A DNA stretch of 61,417 nucleotides, the filler included, from an uncultured bacterium (lineage in GTDB: Bacteria; Hinthialibacterota; Hinthialibacteria; Hinthialibacterales; Hinthialibacteraceae), in assembly GCA_964449065.1 (NCBI GenBank). It is 22 parts of 22 records of this genome, joined end to end, with 100 filler letters (N's around TTAATTAATTAA, not from the genome) between each part and the next. Parts side by side here need not be neighbours in the genome. Positions count along the whole stretch, not along the records: positions 28,801 to 31,505 come from CAYVAZ010000502.1; positions 31,606 to 34,306 come from CAYVAZ010000503.1; positions 34,407 to 37,105 come from CAYVAZ010000504.1; positions 37,206 to 39,900 come from CAYVAZ010000505.1; positions 40,001 to 42,686 come from CAYVAZ010000506.1; 17 more parts are not named here. One strand, 5' to 3'. Each line of letters begins with the position of its first letter. Positions within the stretch are counted from its first letter, which is position 1. Below the pieces are notes generated by a model that saw only the letters and a list, made by a program, of their open reading frames with translations, was not told the DNA's origin and ran no database searches. The translations under genes were made by a program, and so were the position numbers. Below are positions 30,605 through 40,002 of the stretch, in pieces.

Positions 30605-31057
30605 ATGAATCAAGTTATTATTAAGAGTTTAAGAGAATCACTGACTGAGTTTATCAATATATCCTCTTATCAATATGTTGACGAGAGGATAGAAAAGAAT
30701 AAAAATGAAATACAATATACTTCTTATCAAGTACTTTATAAATCAAATGTTTGTAAAAGAGAGGTCCATTTTTCTTTGATAGATTATGGTAAGCATAATA
30801 GATTATTTACTAATCTTTATAATCGAGACGGTCAGGGGCATTATTCCATTTCCCTCACGGCATACTTAGAAGACTATTGTAATCTGTCAAATGCAAGTGA
30901 ATTAATGCTATTAGATCAATATGCCGGAGATTGTCTAAAGGAGAAGTTATTAAGTTTTTTCACCACAGTAAAATCCAAGTTAGATAATCGTTTTTTTGAA
31001 ATTTTGAAAGGAACAGACTGGATTGAAATACCTATTAACTGGCATGGATATAAATAA
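30605..31057 (+). CDS. Putative immunity protein
   Basis: ATG directly follows the toxin stop; AT-rich 150 aa ending WIEIPINWHGYK. Confidence 0.6.
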   Translation: MNQVIIKSLRESLTEFINISSYQYVDERIEKNKNEIQYTSYQVLYKSNVCKREVHFSLIDYGKHNRLFTNLYNRDGQGHYSISLTAYLEDYCNLSNASELMLLDQYAGDCLKEKLLSFFTTVKSKLDNRFFEILKGTDWIEIPINWHGYK

Positions 31058-31118
31058 AGCATCTCAATTGTGCAAGCTTCCTATTGATGCACGCACACGG
31101 CGTGTGCCAGCGTCTATG

Positions 31119-31266
31119 TTTCATCCCCTCAGCGTCACCTCAAATTAGCGGACGCTGAGGAACCAGGTAGTTTGCGAAGTGGCCACCTACCGTATCCATG
31201 AGCTCAAGGATTCCTTTTACTTTGTCACGTGGGTATGCCTCGGCGTCCTCTTCGAATGACGCTGAG
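31119..31266 (+). repeat. Structured direct repeat, copy 2
   Basis: Outer stem CTCAGCGTCA/TGACGCTGAG; inner stem GGACGCTGAGG/CCTCGGCGTCC. Confidence 0.9.
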
Positions 31267-31702
31267 TGTGGGCGGTCGGTAGAGGGTGTAGCCAATTACT
31301 GGGATGTCAGTTAGTTGACCTGATAAGCCTTATTCTTTCTTTTCTTTTCTTTTCCTTGATGAAAAGAAAGAAACAAAGAAAAATCAAGCCGAGCCAATCC
31401 TTCCCCCCGCTCTGTCCTTTTTTAACGGCATCGGCGTTACGGCCGCCTCTGCCTAAAAGGACATTCACGCCAGACGCAGGCCCGGTGTCTCGGCTGGCCC
31501 TCGCGNNNNNNNNNNNNNNNNNNNNNNNNNNNNNNNNNNNNNNNNNNNNTTAATTAATTAANNNNNNNNNNNNNNNNNNNNNNNNNNNNNNNNNNNNNNN
31601 NNNNNCAATGCGTTTGACTGAGAATAGTTGGCTCACAACAAAAACCATTTTTCAAGCAATCGTCAATCATGGATTGCGTAACATCAGTAACTAACATGAA
31701 AT

Positions 31703-32038
31703 TTAAACCGCAGTTTTTGGTGATTCGTCAACTTTCCCTTGAATTGCAGCCGAACGAAGGCGAAAACCAATCGTTGATTCAATCAGTCTGGAACGAATTT
31801 GATCTTTTGAATCATTCCTTTTTATATTGAGGTCAAGATATTTAGTTAATTCAATCAAATCATCTTTTGATGATAGTTTTTCTTTTAAAAGTTTTTCACC
31901 TTCTTGACGGGATGACAATGTTTTTAGGGAATTTGCTATTTGTTGAAGATCATCTTTTGAAATTTTATCTTTTTTTGTGCTGGAGTTTTGTTCTCTATTT
32001 TTTAATTGTTTGCGGCTCATGATAAATGTCTTTGCCAA
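31703..32038 (-). CDS. Hypothetical AT-rich protein or gene fragment
   Basis: 111-aa ORF ending LIESTIGFRLRSAAIQG; start uncertain. Confidence 0.5.
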   Translation of the reverse strand: MAKTFIMSRKQLKNREQNSSTKKDKISKDDLQQIANSLKTLSSRQEGEKLLKEKLSSKDDLIELTKYLDLNIKRNDSKDQIRSRLIESTIGFRLRSAAIQGKVDESPKTAV

Positions 32039-32096
32039 ATATTATTTTGTTATTTTTGTACTATATTCGATCTATAAAGTGAAGTCAATAATTCTA

Positions 32097-32846
32097 TCAA
32101 AACTCACCCGGTTTGCCGAATCGCTCTTTCACGTTTTGCCCGAATTGCTTTTGCGCCGCGTTCATGGCGTTCAATATCGGCTGTTTGTTGACCAAAGATG
32201 AATCTCTGGCGGCGGCGATGACGGTGTTGCATTCGTTTTGATCCATGTAGATGGAGGCTTCGAGCAAGCCATGTTCTTCTCCGCAGGGGATGGCTAAAAA
32301 GCCGTGTTTGTCGGCATGGATTAATTGCCCTGGCGCGATTTTTCTACCGAAGACTTCGACGTTGCATCCCCAGCGAACCGGGTGTGCGTGGGCGTGCCCT
32401 ACGCATAACCGGCGTGCTATGGCTTTAAAGCCCGCGTTGGTCATTTCATCCACATCGCGGATGGCGCCGTCGGTGATGGTGCCGATGCAGCCTAGGGCGC
32501 GGTGGGTGTTGCTATTCACTTCTCCCCAAAACGAGCCGATGACGCTGGGTTTGTCTAGATCCTGCACAACTACGATTTTGGGGCCGGGTTGATCCGCGAG
32601 GTATTGGCGATAATCCTGCCAGGCGTTGGGAATATTGCTTTTGTGGGCTTTGTTGCTGGGTTCGATCATGAGCGTGACTGCGTATCCCACCATTGGTCCC
32701 ATGTGCGGCATGAAGTCATAGGTTTCTTCCGGATTGAACCCATCGATGGCGGGATCCTGTTTGGTGATTTGTTCCCACCCGTTATAGATGGTGGGGGTGT
32801 TCCACCGTTTGAGTTGCAGCAATTCGTTGTGCGGCAGTTGAGGCAT
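32097..32846 (-). CDS. RraA family protein (HMG aldolase-like)
   Basis: MVGYAVT, FWGEVN, ITDGAIRD, LIHADKHG. Confidence 0.88.
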   Translation of the reverse strand: MPQLPHNELLQLKRWNTPTIYNGWEQITKQDPAIDGFNPEETYDFMPHMGPMVGYAVTLMIEPSNKAHKSNIPNAWQDYRQYLADQPGPKIVVVQDLDKPSVIGSFWGEVNSNTHRALGCIGTITDGAIRDVDEMTNAGFKAIARRLCVGHAHAHPVRWGCNVEVFGRKIAPGQLIHADKHGFLAIPCGEEHGLLEASIYMDQNECNTVIAAARDSSLVNKQPILNAMNAAQKQFGQNVKERFGKPGEF

Positions 32847-32992
32847 GGTCGATCTCCTGGATTGATTTCCCTGTTTAATTGCAACAAATTAGCATGGTTT
32901 TCATCCGGGGAAAATGTGTTTCCATGCCTAAACAGGAAAAAGCATATTCTGTATGATGGGAAATAAACTTTGTGATGAAGGGGAAACTCAAA

Positions 32993-33859
32993 ATGAAAAA
33001 CAACGTTTTTACCAGACGTGAATTTGCCGGATTGGGCGCCGCAGCCGCTGCTGCTCTTATTGTACCGGGGGCGATGGGGGCCGCGCATAAAAAGAAAATG
33101 CGGCTTGGCTTGGTGACCTATTTGTGGGGCAAGGAAATGACCTTACCCGAATTGATCGGTAACTGCGAAAAAGCCAAACTTGGCGGCGTAGAATTGCGGG
33201 TGGAGCACGCCCACGGTGTAATGCCGAACTTAAGCGCGGCCGAACGCAAAGACGTGAAAAAGCGTTTTGATGACAGCCCGGTTGTGAATGTGGGTATGGG
33301 CACCAACCAGGAATTTGACAGCCCTGATCCGGAAGTATTGAAGAAGAATATTGAAGGCGCCAAAGCGTTTATCAAACTCAGCCACGATACCGGCGGTTCG
33401 GGCGTGAAGGTGAAGCCGAATGATTTGCATGATGATGTGCCGAGAGAACAGACGATTGAGCAGATCGGCAAAAGCCTGAATGAAGTCGGCAAATATGCGG
33501 AAGATTATGGGCAGGAAATTCGGGTGGAAGTGCATGGCAGTTGTTCGCCCTTGCCGATTATGGACGCGATCTTCAATTTTGTCGAACAAAAAAATGTCGG
33601 CATGTGCTGGAACAGCAACGGCCAGGATTTAGAAGGCGCGGGATTGACCTACAACTTTAATCTGGTGAAAGATCACTTTGCCGATACCGTTCACATCCGG
33701 GAAATGAATGAGGGAAATTATCCCTATCCGAGATTGTTTGAGTTGTTTAAAGAGATGAACTATACCGGCTGGATATTGCTGGAATGCCGCACCAAGCAGG
33801 AAGATTATGTGAAGGCCATGATCGAACAACGGAAAACTTTCGAAAAATTGACGGCGTAA
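32993..33859 (+). CDS. Sugar phosphate isomerase/epimerase (TIM barrel), Tat-exported
   Basis: TRREF signal, VELR, EVHG, TVH, LLE. Confidence 0.82.
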   Translation: MKNNVFTRREFAGLGAAAAAALIVPGAMGAAHKKKMRLGLVTYLWGKEMTLPELIGNCEKAKLGGVELRVEHAHGVMPNLSAAERKDVKKRFDDSPVVNVGMGTNQEFDSPDPEVLKKNIEGAKAFIKLSHDTGGSGVKVKPNDLHDDVPREQTIEQIGKSLNEVGKYAEDYGQEIRVEVHGSCSPLPIMDAIFNFVEQKNVGMCWNSNGQDLEGAGLTYNFNLVKDHFADTVHIREMNEGNYPYPRLFELFKEMNYTGWILLECRTKQEDYVKAMIEQRKTFEKLTA

Positions 33860-34032
33860 AGTTTGATGTATGAATTGCAGGTTTTGGGGGCTTTGATACC
33901 TTCCCTCTTATGTCCCCGAACCATACACAGAAGGTAAGAAGGCAATGTCATTGATTTAAGCAAACAAACTTGAAAACGCAATATTTTCTCCCCCAAGTTT
34001 CTAAACTTAACCCACAAATCAGGGGTTAATAC

Positions 34033-34262
34033 ACCCCAACGAGGTGAAAGAAACTAGCCAGGGGCAGAGTGACCAACGGGAACGTCGCCCCTGGAATGAA
34101 GCTTCTTCCTTGTTTTCACCCTGAAAGGGTGACAGAAAGTTCTGAAAAGGATATGGATAATCATGCAGCAAAAGAAAGTAGTGATTCCATCGTTTCGTTT
34201 GTAAGGGTAACCTCCCCGTGGTTACCCCACAGCAGGGCAGCCACGGGGGCTGCCCCTACAAT
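34033..34262. repeat. Cluster of REP-like hairpins
   Basis: CCAGGGGC...GCCCCTGG, CACCCTGAAAGGGTG, GGGTAACC...GGTTACCC and GGGCAGCC...GGCTGCCCCTAC. Confidence 0.6.
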
Positions 34263-34458
34263 CGTATGGCAATGTATAAATACCATTTTCACTGCAACTT
34301 GGTATTNNNNNNNNNNNNNNNNNNNNNNNNNNNNNNNNNNNNNNNNNNNNTTAATTAATTAANNNNNNNNNNNNNNNNNNNNNNNNNNNNNNNNNNNNNN
34401 NNNNNNGGGTTTGAAGCTCGCAACAATACCTACCGTATAGAATTTTGCGTAACGTCAG

Positions 34459-35646
34459 TTACTTCAGTTCACGGATAAAGATGCTGCGCCAGCGCATGGC
34501 GGCTTGCCCCCCGCTGTGCAGTTGCAGAGCGATAATTCCATCCGTGTGTTTTTGCTCTTCATCCACTAAATCAACGGTTTTCCATCCATTTACATACGTT
34601 TTAATGTGATTGCCTTTGACTTTAAATTGCAAGTGATTCCATTCCGGAATTGGTTTCATCGCTTTATTGCCCAATTCATCGGGTTGCGCGATCCAGCCGC
34701 GTGCGCCGGGGCCGCTTTCGTATAAGCCGCCGGTGTTGTTGCCGATGGTGGGATCAATCTCGGCCTGCACGCCGGTAATATTAACGCCGTCAATCGAAGA
34801 ATGAAAAAAACAACCGCTGTTGCCGGTGCCTTCTGCTTGAAAGATCATTTGGATTTCAAAATCATCGAATGTTTCGGTTGTGCCCAAGTAACCGTATTTA
34901 TCGGTCACAGCTTGCCCGACGATCCAACCGTCTTGCACATACCACTTTTCTTCACCGTATTCTTTCCAACCATCCAGGGTTTTGCCGTCGAATAGCATTT
35001 CCCAACCGGGTCCGTGCCCCAAGTCGACGATGGTAATATCTTTCCAGCGAACGTTTACTTCCTCTTCCGCCGCATCGCTGCTGTGTACCTGCAATGCGAT
35101 GATACCGCGAATGGCGTTGTCATCATAAAAATCGGTCATGGGTTTATCGTTGATGTAGGTTTGGATGTGATTGCCGACGGCTTCAATGCGGTAGGTGTTC
35201 CAACTGTCAAAATCAATCGTGCGGTCCGAACCGGCTTTGGGTTTGGCGAGCCAGCCGCGTTTCTTTTCTTCATACACTCCGCCGGTTGAATCCACCAGGC
35301 GGGGAGCCAACTCGGCTTGATACCCGTACATTTTCCCATCAATCACATGCGAGCGGAACTGCACGCCGGAATTGCCCTTCTTTTCGGTTTTAAACTTGAA
35401 TTCCAACACAAAATCAGAATAGGCTTTGTCGGTAACCAGCCAGCCATAGTTCCCGTCGCCGGTTTCGCCGACGAGTTCCCCGTCATCAACATACCAATTT
35501 CCCCCGCCGATTTCATGCCAGCCGGATAAATCGTTCCCGTTGAATAACGGAATGGCGGCATCTTCTTGTGCCATTGCGACGGAAGCCAGTATCCCCAAAA
35601 CAAATCCGTATGTAATTTGACTGATCGGTTTCATGTTCATCTCCAT
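34459..35646 (-). CDS. Tandem DUF1080 (3-keto-disaccharide hydrolase-like) secreted protein
   Basis: LFNGNDLSGW / LFDGKTLDGW, two NSG motifs, IALQVH / IALQLH. Confidence 0.9.
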   Translation of the reverse strand: MEMNMKPISQITYGFVLGILASVAMAQEDAAIPLFNGNDLSGWHEIGGGNWYVDDGELVGETGDGNYGWLVTDKAYSDFVLEFKFKTEKKGNSGVQFRSHVIDGKMYGYQAELAPRLVDSTGGVYEEKKRGWLAKPKAGSDRTIDFDSWNTYRIEAVGNHIQTYINDKPMTDFYDDNAIRGIIALQVHSSDAAEEEVNVRWKDITIVDLGHGPGWEMLFDGKTLDGWKEYGEEKWYVQDGWIVGQAVTDKYGYLGTTETFDDFEIQMIFQAEGTGNSGCFFHSSIDGVNITGVQAEIDPTIGNNTGGLYESGPGARGWIAQPDELGNKAMKPIPEWNHLQFKVKGNHIKTYVNGWKTVDLVDEEQKHTDGIIALQLHSGGQAAMRWRSIFIRELK

Positions 35647-35731
35647 TTTGATTGAATTGCTTTTCTTATTCTAATCGGCAAAAAAAAGAAAATATATGGC
35701 AGGAGAACAATGTTTTGACCCTACGTCCGGG

Positions 35732-36703
35732 CTACATGCCGATCAATGCATCCTCGGTAACCGGTTCTTTGCCTTTGCGGGGATAGACAACATATCCAAC
35801 GCTCGCGATGATGATAACCGCGCCCACGCCTTGTATCCAACTGAGCGCTTCGCCCAAAAACAGCATGGCGAATAATACGCCGAATACGGGTAACAGCGTT
35901 AAGGTAAGAGCCACAACAGAAACCGGAAGACGCTTTAGCGCTTGAAAATAAAACACCATCCCCAAGCAGGAACCGAAAATTCCTAAATAGATGGTGCCCG
36001 CCCAAGCGGCAGGAGACATGGATAAAAGGCTGGTGAAATTTCCGGTGGGAATGCTGATAAGCAGCAGGGATAAAACCGAAAACACGGACACGTAGTACAG
36101 CGTATAGATCGGGTCGGAATGATTCAATACTTTTTTGCTGTAGATGTTATACAATCCCCAGCCAATCACCGAAAACAAGACCAAAATGTCCCCCAACAAG
36201 GCCAGGTTCCAATGAAATTCGGCTGCTCGAATATCCTGATAGACCACCATCATCACACCGCAGAAGGCGCAGATACCTCCGATAACAAGATGCTTTTGCA
36301 ATGGTTCTTTCAGCAATATGACGGCAAGAAATAACGAGAAAACCATCTCGGTGGAAACAATCAGCGAAACGTTGGACGCGCTGGTATAACGGGTTCCATA
36401 GTATTCCAGAATCATCCCTGTGGTATAGGCAACCCCGCCGATGAACATGACACGTTTCCAATCATCCCAAGTCCAAACCGTGCTGCCTTTGCATCGTCTT
36501 AGAAACGGAAACAAGCAAAAAATGACGAGAATGGTGCGGTTGTGCGCCATCACGATAGGATTCACGCCCTGGTTGTCTATTACAAACTTATTGACGGCAA
36601 AGGTGGTACCGAACAGAATTTGTGCGATTATGACAAAGACGATCCCCAAAATCCGCTCTTTGTTGAGATCCTTCATCGCCTCGACCGGATTTTCTTCGCG
36701 CAT
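35732..36703 (-). CDS. DMT/EamA family transporter (likely start 36703)
   Basis: About 10 TM helices in two EamA repeats; LLKE, FLGE. Confidence 0.88.
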   Translation of the reverse strand: MREENPVEAMKDLNKERILGIVFVIIAQILFGTTFAVNKFVIDNQGVNPIVMAHNRTILVIFCLFPFLRRCKGSTVWTWDDWKRVMFIGGVAYTTGMILEYYGTRYTSASNVSLIVSTEMVFSLFLAVILLKEPLQKHLVIGGICAFCGVMMVVYQDIRAAEFHWNLALLGDILVLFSVIGWGLYNIYSKKVLNHSDPIYTLYYVSVFSVLSLLLISIPTGNFTSLLSMSPAAWAGTIYLGIFGSCLGMVFYFQALKRLPVSVVALTLTLLPVFGVLFAMLFLGEALSWIQGVGAVIIIASVGYVVYPRKGKEPVTEDALIGM

Positions 36704-37420
36704 GGTTTTTAAAATCCATCTATAGGTATGATGATGCTGACAGGGTACTAGGATTTGAAAGAAACGTAAGCAGCCGGTTTTGTTCCTCAATCACGAGACA
36801 GGGTATTGCGCCCACCATACTAGTAGTTCATCAAGGCTGACATGATGGGTGATAACTTAGCCATCCACATAAAATGAATGGGATCAGTTATTCACAAGCG
36901 AAGCGCAGTGCCACACCCCCCCTTGCATAAGGGGGTTATTGCACTGCATTTCAAATTTCTCAACGTTATCATACGGGCATTACTGCCTCCATATTTTGTT
37001 GTATTTCTTCTTATTTAGTGATGTTACGCAATCCATGATTGACGTTTGCCTGAAAAATGGTTTTTGTTGTGAGCCAACTATTCTCAGTCAAACGCAGTGT
37101 CTATCNNNNNNNNNNNNNNNNNNNNNNNNNNNNNNNNNNNNNNNNNNNNTTAATTAATTAANNNNNNNNNNNNNNNNNNNNNNNNNNNNNNNNNNNNNNN
37201 NNNNNACAACAAAAACCATTTTTCAAGCAATCGTCAATCATGGATTGCGTAACATCAGTTCCTAATACTATTTCCAGTTTGGATAGTTAACCAAAATCGA
37301 AGTGGTTCAACAGATTGCTTCGATTGTATGCCAAGGAAGAGACCTCGAAATGACGGTTGGTCCAACAATATTTCGATGATACGTAGTGAACGGTTCTATT
37401 TGAAAAGGGTATAAAAAATA

Positions 37421-37448
37421 TTGACCGTTGTTTTTAATGGTATATACT
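37421..37448 (+). promoter_or_regulatory. Probable sigma70 promoter of vapBC
   Basis: TTGACC-16 nt-TATACT. Confidence 0.5.
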
Positions 37449-37479
37449 AATTGATATCTATTGAAGATAGGATATTGCC

Positions 37480-37731
37480 ATGGAAACAGCAAAGTTATTT
37501 ACGAATGGCCGAAGTCAAGCGGTTCGTCTTCCTAAAAAGTACCGCTTCGAAGGGGACGAAGTATTTATCAAAAAAACCCCGGAAGGAGTATTGCTAATCC
37601 CTAAAAATATATCCGTGTGGGATATTTGGGAAAAGTATTTACCGAAATATAAAGATATTCCATTCATGGAAGACCGGGAACAACCAAAGGAACAACAAAT
37701 AAGAGACGGTCTCGATGAAATATTTGATTGA
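37480..37731 (+). CDS. vapB: VapB antitoxin
   Basis: AKLFTNGRSQAVRLPK. Confidence 0.92.
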   Translation: METAKLFTNGRSQAVRLPKKYRFEGDEVFIKKTPEGVLLIPKNISVWDIWEKYLPKYKDIPFMEDREQPKEQQIRDGLDEIFD

Positions 37732-38113
37732 TACAGATATCTGCATTTACATCATAAATCAATTACCCCAAAACACTTATCAAAAATTCAAAACAATGTC
37801 GCCTGGTGACCTGGCTGTTTCTTCTATTACCGTTGCGGAATTACAATTCGGAGTGTCAAAGAGTTTGAATAAAAGGGAAAATCAATTCAAAGTAGACAAA
37901 TTTCTTTTACCTCTTCATATCGTGGACTTCAACTTTGATGCGGCTGAAATATATGGAAATATACGAGCGAGTTTAGAAAAAACAGGAAAATCAATTGGTC
38001 CTATGGATTTGCTGATTGCGGCAACGGCAAAACAGTATAACTTAATTTTAGTGACCAACAATGAAAGAGAATTTAGGAGAGTTAAAGGCTTAAAAATTGA
38101 AAATTGGTCCTAG
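37715..38113 (+). CDS. vapC: VapC toxin
   Basis: YLIDTDICI, ITVAEL, IGPMDLLIA, VTNNEREF. Confidence 0.93.
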   Translation: MKYLIDTDICIYIINQLPQNTYQKFKTMSPGDLAVSSITVAELQFGVSKSLNKRENQFKVDKFLLPLHIVDFNFDAAEIYGNIRASLEKTGKSIGPMDLLIAATAKQYNLILVTNNEREFRRVKGLKIENWS

Positions 38114-38192
38114 AGAATAGTCACGCACTCATCTTGTTTCCCCATAAAATAAAACTAAAGTGAAAACTCATTCTTGTATGAATAAATGAGGC

Positions 38193-39848
38193 ATGAATAC
38201 ACCCCTTTATCATTGCGGCGAATTCCGTTTGGTTTGGCTCTACCTTCCTGCTGTACTATTTCACGGCTGGTTTGCCACCAAAGACGTATTCATTATCGAT
38301 GTTTATTGGGACAGCATTTTTTACAAACAACTCGCCTTCGGTCTAGCCGATTGGAACACGTTTCACATTCAAAATCACTTTCCCGTGCCGCCGCTGTATT
38401 CGTTTTTTCTATCGTTTGCAGTCATGGATGGTGATTACATCCTGACCGAAACGCTCCAATCGTGGCTGAATCCCGCCATCTATTTTTTGGGACTGATTCC
38501 CACCTACAAACTTACGAGGTTATTTCTATCCCGCCATTATGGGATATTGGCTGCTGTCTTATTTATCGCGTACCCAACGGGGGTGTACACACAATGGACC
38601 TTGAGTGAAAATCTTTCCTTCCCTTTAAGCCTGTTTTGTTTTTATTTTGCTGCCAAATCCCTTAGCCAACCGTCATTCTCAAAAACAGATTCATTCTATT
38701 TCGGGTTGCTCTGCGCGGCCAATTTACTCACCCGTATCCAGTCCATCGCGTTTGTGTTTCCCTTGGCGTTGTGGTGTATTTTCAGGCGGTGGCGTAACCA
38801 CTCCAACGCAGCGGAGCTTTTCGAGGCATGTTCGGGTGGAGTCATTCTTTGGATTTTTATGTTGTTTTATTTAGGATACTTCGAAGCCAAGGGGGATTGG
38901 GTTCTGTATTCCACAACCGATGAACAGATAAAACGTTCTGTGGTGGACTATATTTTGGCTTTTCTCAACCGCTTCTACGCGCATTGGACGGCGTTGTGGA
39001 TTGAAGGGGCGCTTTTGCTGCCGACGATACCGTTAGCAGGACTGTTGGCATCAAAGTTTGGAGCCATCAAATTGAACTCCTCTCAACGCGAAATTCTTCA
39101 TTGCTGGTTTATTGTTTCGCTTTGTTTGGTCGGTTCCATCTCGTTTTACCGCTTGCTGCGTTTGGATGTGGAATATTGGTCGGTTTCTTTACGCCATCTA
39201 AGTTATGTGAATTTGCTGGCCATTCCACTCGCGTTTTTTGTTCTGGATTCGTTTGTTCATTCAACCAAAAAAGCGTACGCAATTCTTTGCTTTCTGACCG
39301 CCGCACTCATCCTTTGGGGTTCGATGTTTTTGCCGGAGGTCTGGCCGGGGCTTGTCCGGCCGGCTACGTATTTTTCCAACGCCCCCACGCTGGATTTTAT
39401 GGAACAACTGAAATCGACCGGGCCGCTGCTCTCCGGGATTATGTTTCTGGTTATATCGATTGCAGTGTTATCTCTGATGATCCGGTTTATGATTGCGGGA
39501 TTGATGGTTTGGATCGTGTTGTTGTTATACATATACGGCTGTTCGATGGATTATATCAATCAAGACAGGCGCTACGCGATAGAGCGGATGGGGTATGAAG
39601 ATATTCATCTGTTTTGCGCGCAGTTGGAAGAAGGACGCTGGAACGAGTATACGATCTATTGCATGGAAGACGAACGCGTGCAGTATCTTCGGCCCAATCT
39701 GCGCTATTGGATCAACCGCTACAGCGCGGTTCATGTTCAAAACAAACCCATGCCGGAACCGCCTTTTCTTTATCTTACCTTTCGGGATGACGCGAGCGGG
39801 GAGTTGGTGTTTTTATCCGGAGATTTGAAAGCGTATTTGTTTCGGTAG
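38193..39848 (+). CDS. Polytopic membrane protein, GT-C/ArnT-PMT-like glycosyltransferase
   Basis: D..FY near the N-terminus, PPLY, LSENL, LTR; many TM segments. Confidence 0.65.
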   Translation: MNTPLYHCGEFRLVWLYLPAVLFHGWFATKDVFIIDVYWDSIFYKQLAFGLADWNTFHIQNHFPVPPLYSFFLSFAVMDGDYILTETLQSWLNPAIYFLGLIPTYKLTRLFLSRHYGILAAVLFIAYPTGVYTQWTLSENLSFPLSLFCFYFAAKSLSQPSFSKTDSFYFGLLCAANLLTRIQSIAFVFPLALWCIFRRWRNHSNAAELFEACSGGVILWIFMLFYLGYFEAKGDWVLYSTTDEQIKRSVVDYILAFLNRFYAHWTALWIEGALLLPTIPLAGLLASKFGAIKLNSSQREILHCWFIVSLCLVGSISFYRLLRLDVEYWSVSLRHLSYVNLLAIPLAFFVLDSFVHSTKKAYAILCFLTAALILWGSMFLPEVWPGLVRPATYFSNAPTLDFMEQLKSTGPLLSGIMFLVISIAVLSLMIRFMIAGLMVWIVLLLYIYGCSMDYINQDRRYAIERMGYEDIHLFCAQLEEGRWNEYTIYCMEDERVQYLRPNLRYWINRYSAVHVQNKPMPEPPFLYLTFRDDASGELVFLSGDLKAYLFR

Positions 39849-40002
39849 TACATTGTCAACGTTTTATTGACGGGTATCGATCCCCCCTAGCCCCCCTTAA
39901 NNNNNNNNNNNNNNNNNNNNNNNNNNNNNNNNNNNNNNNNNNNNTTAATTAATTAANNNNNNNNNNNNNNNNNNNNNNNNNNNNNNNNNNNNNNNNNNNN
40001 AT

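Noticed and set aside
31330..31505. T/A-rich inverted stretch and GC hairpins at the contig end as a defined element
   Set aside because: It resembles intergenic repeats I recall from Bacteroidota, but it is single-copy here and truncated, so I cannot support a call.
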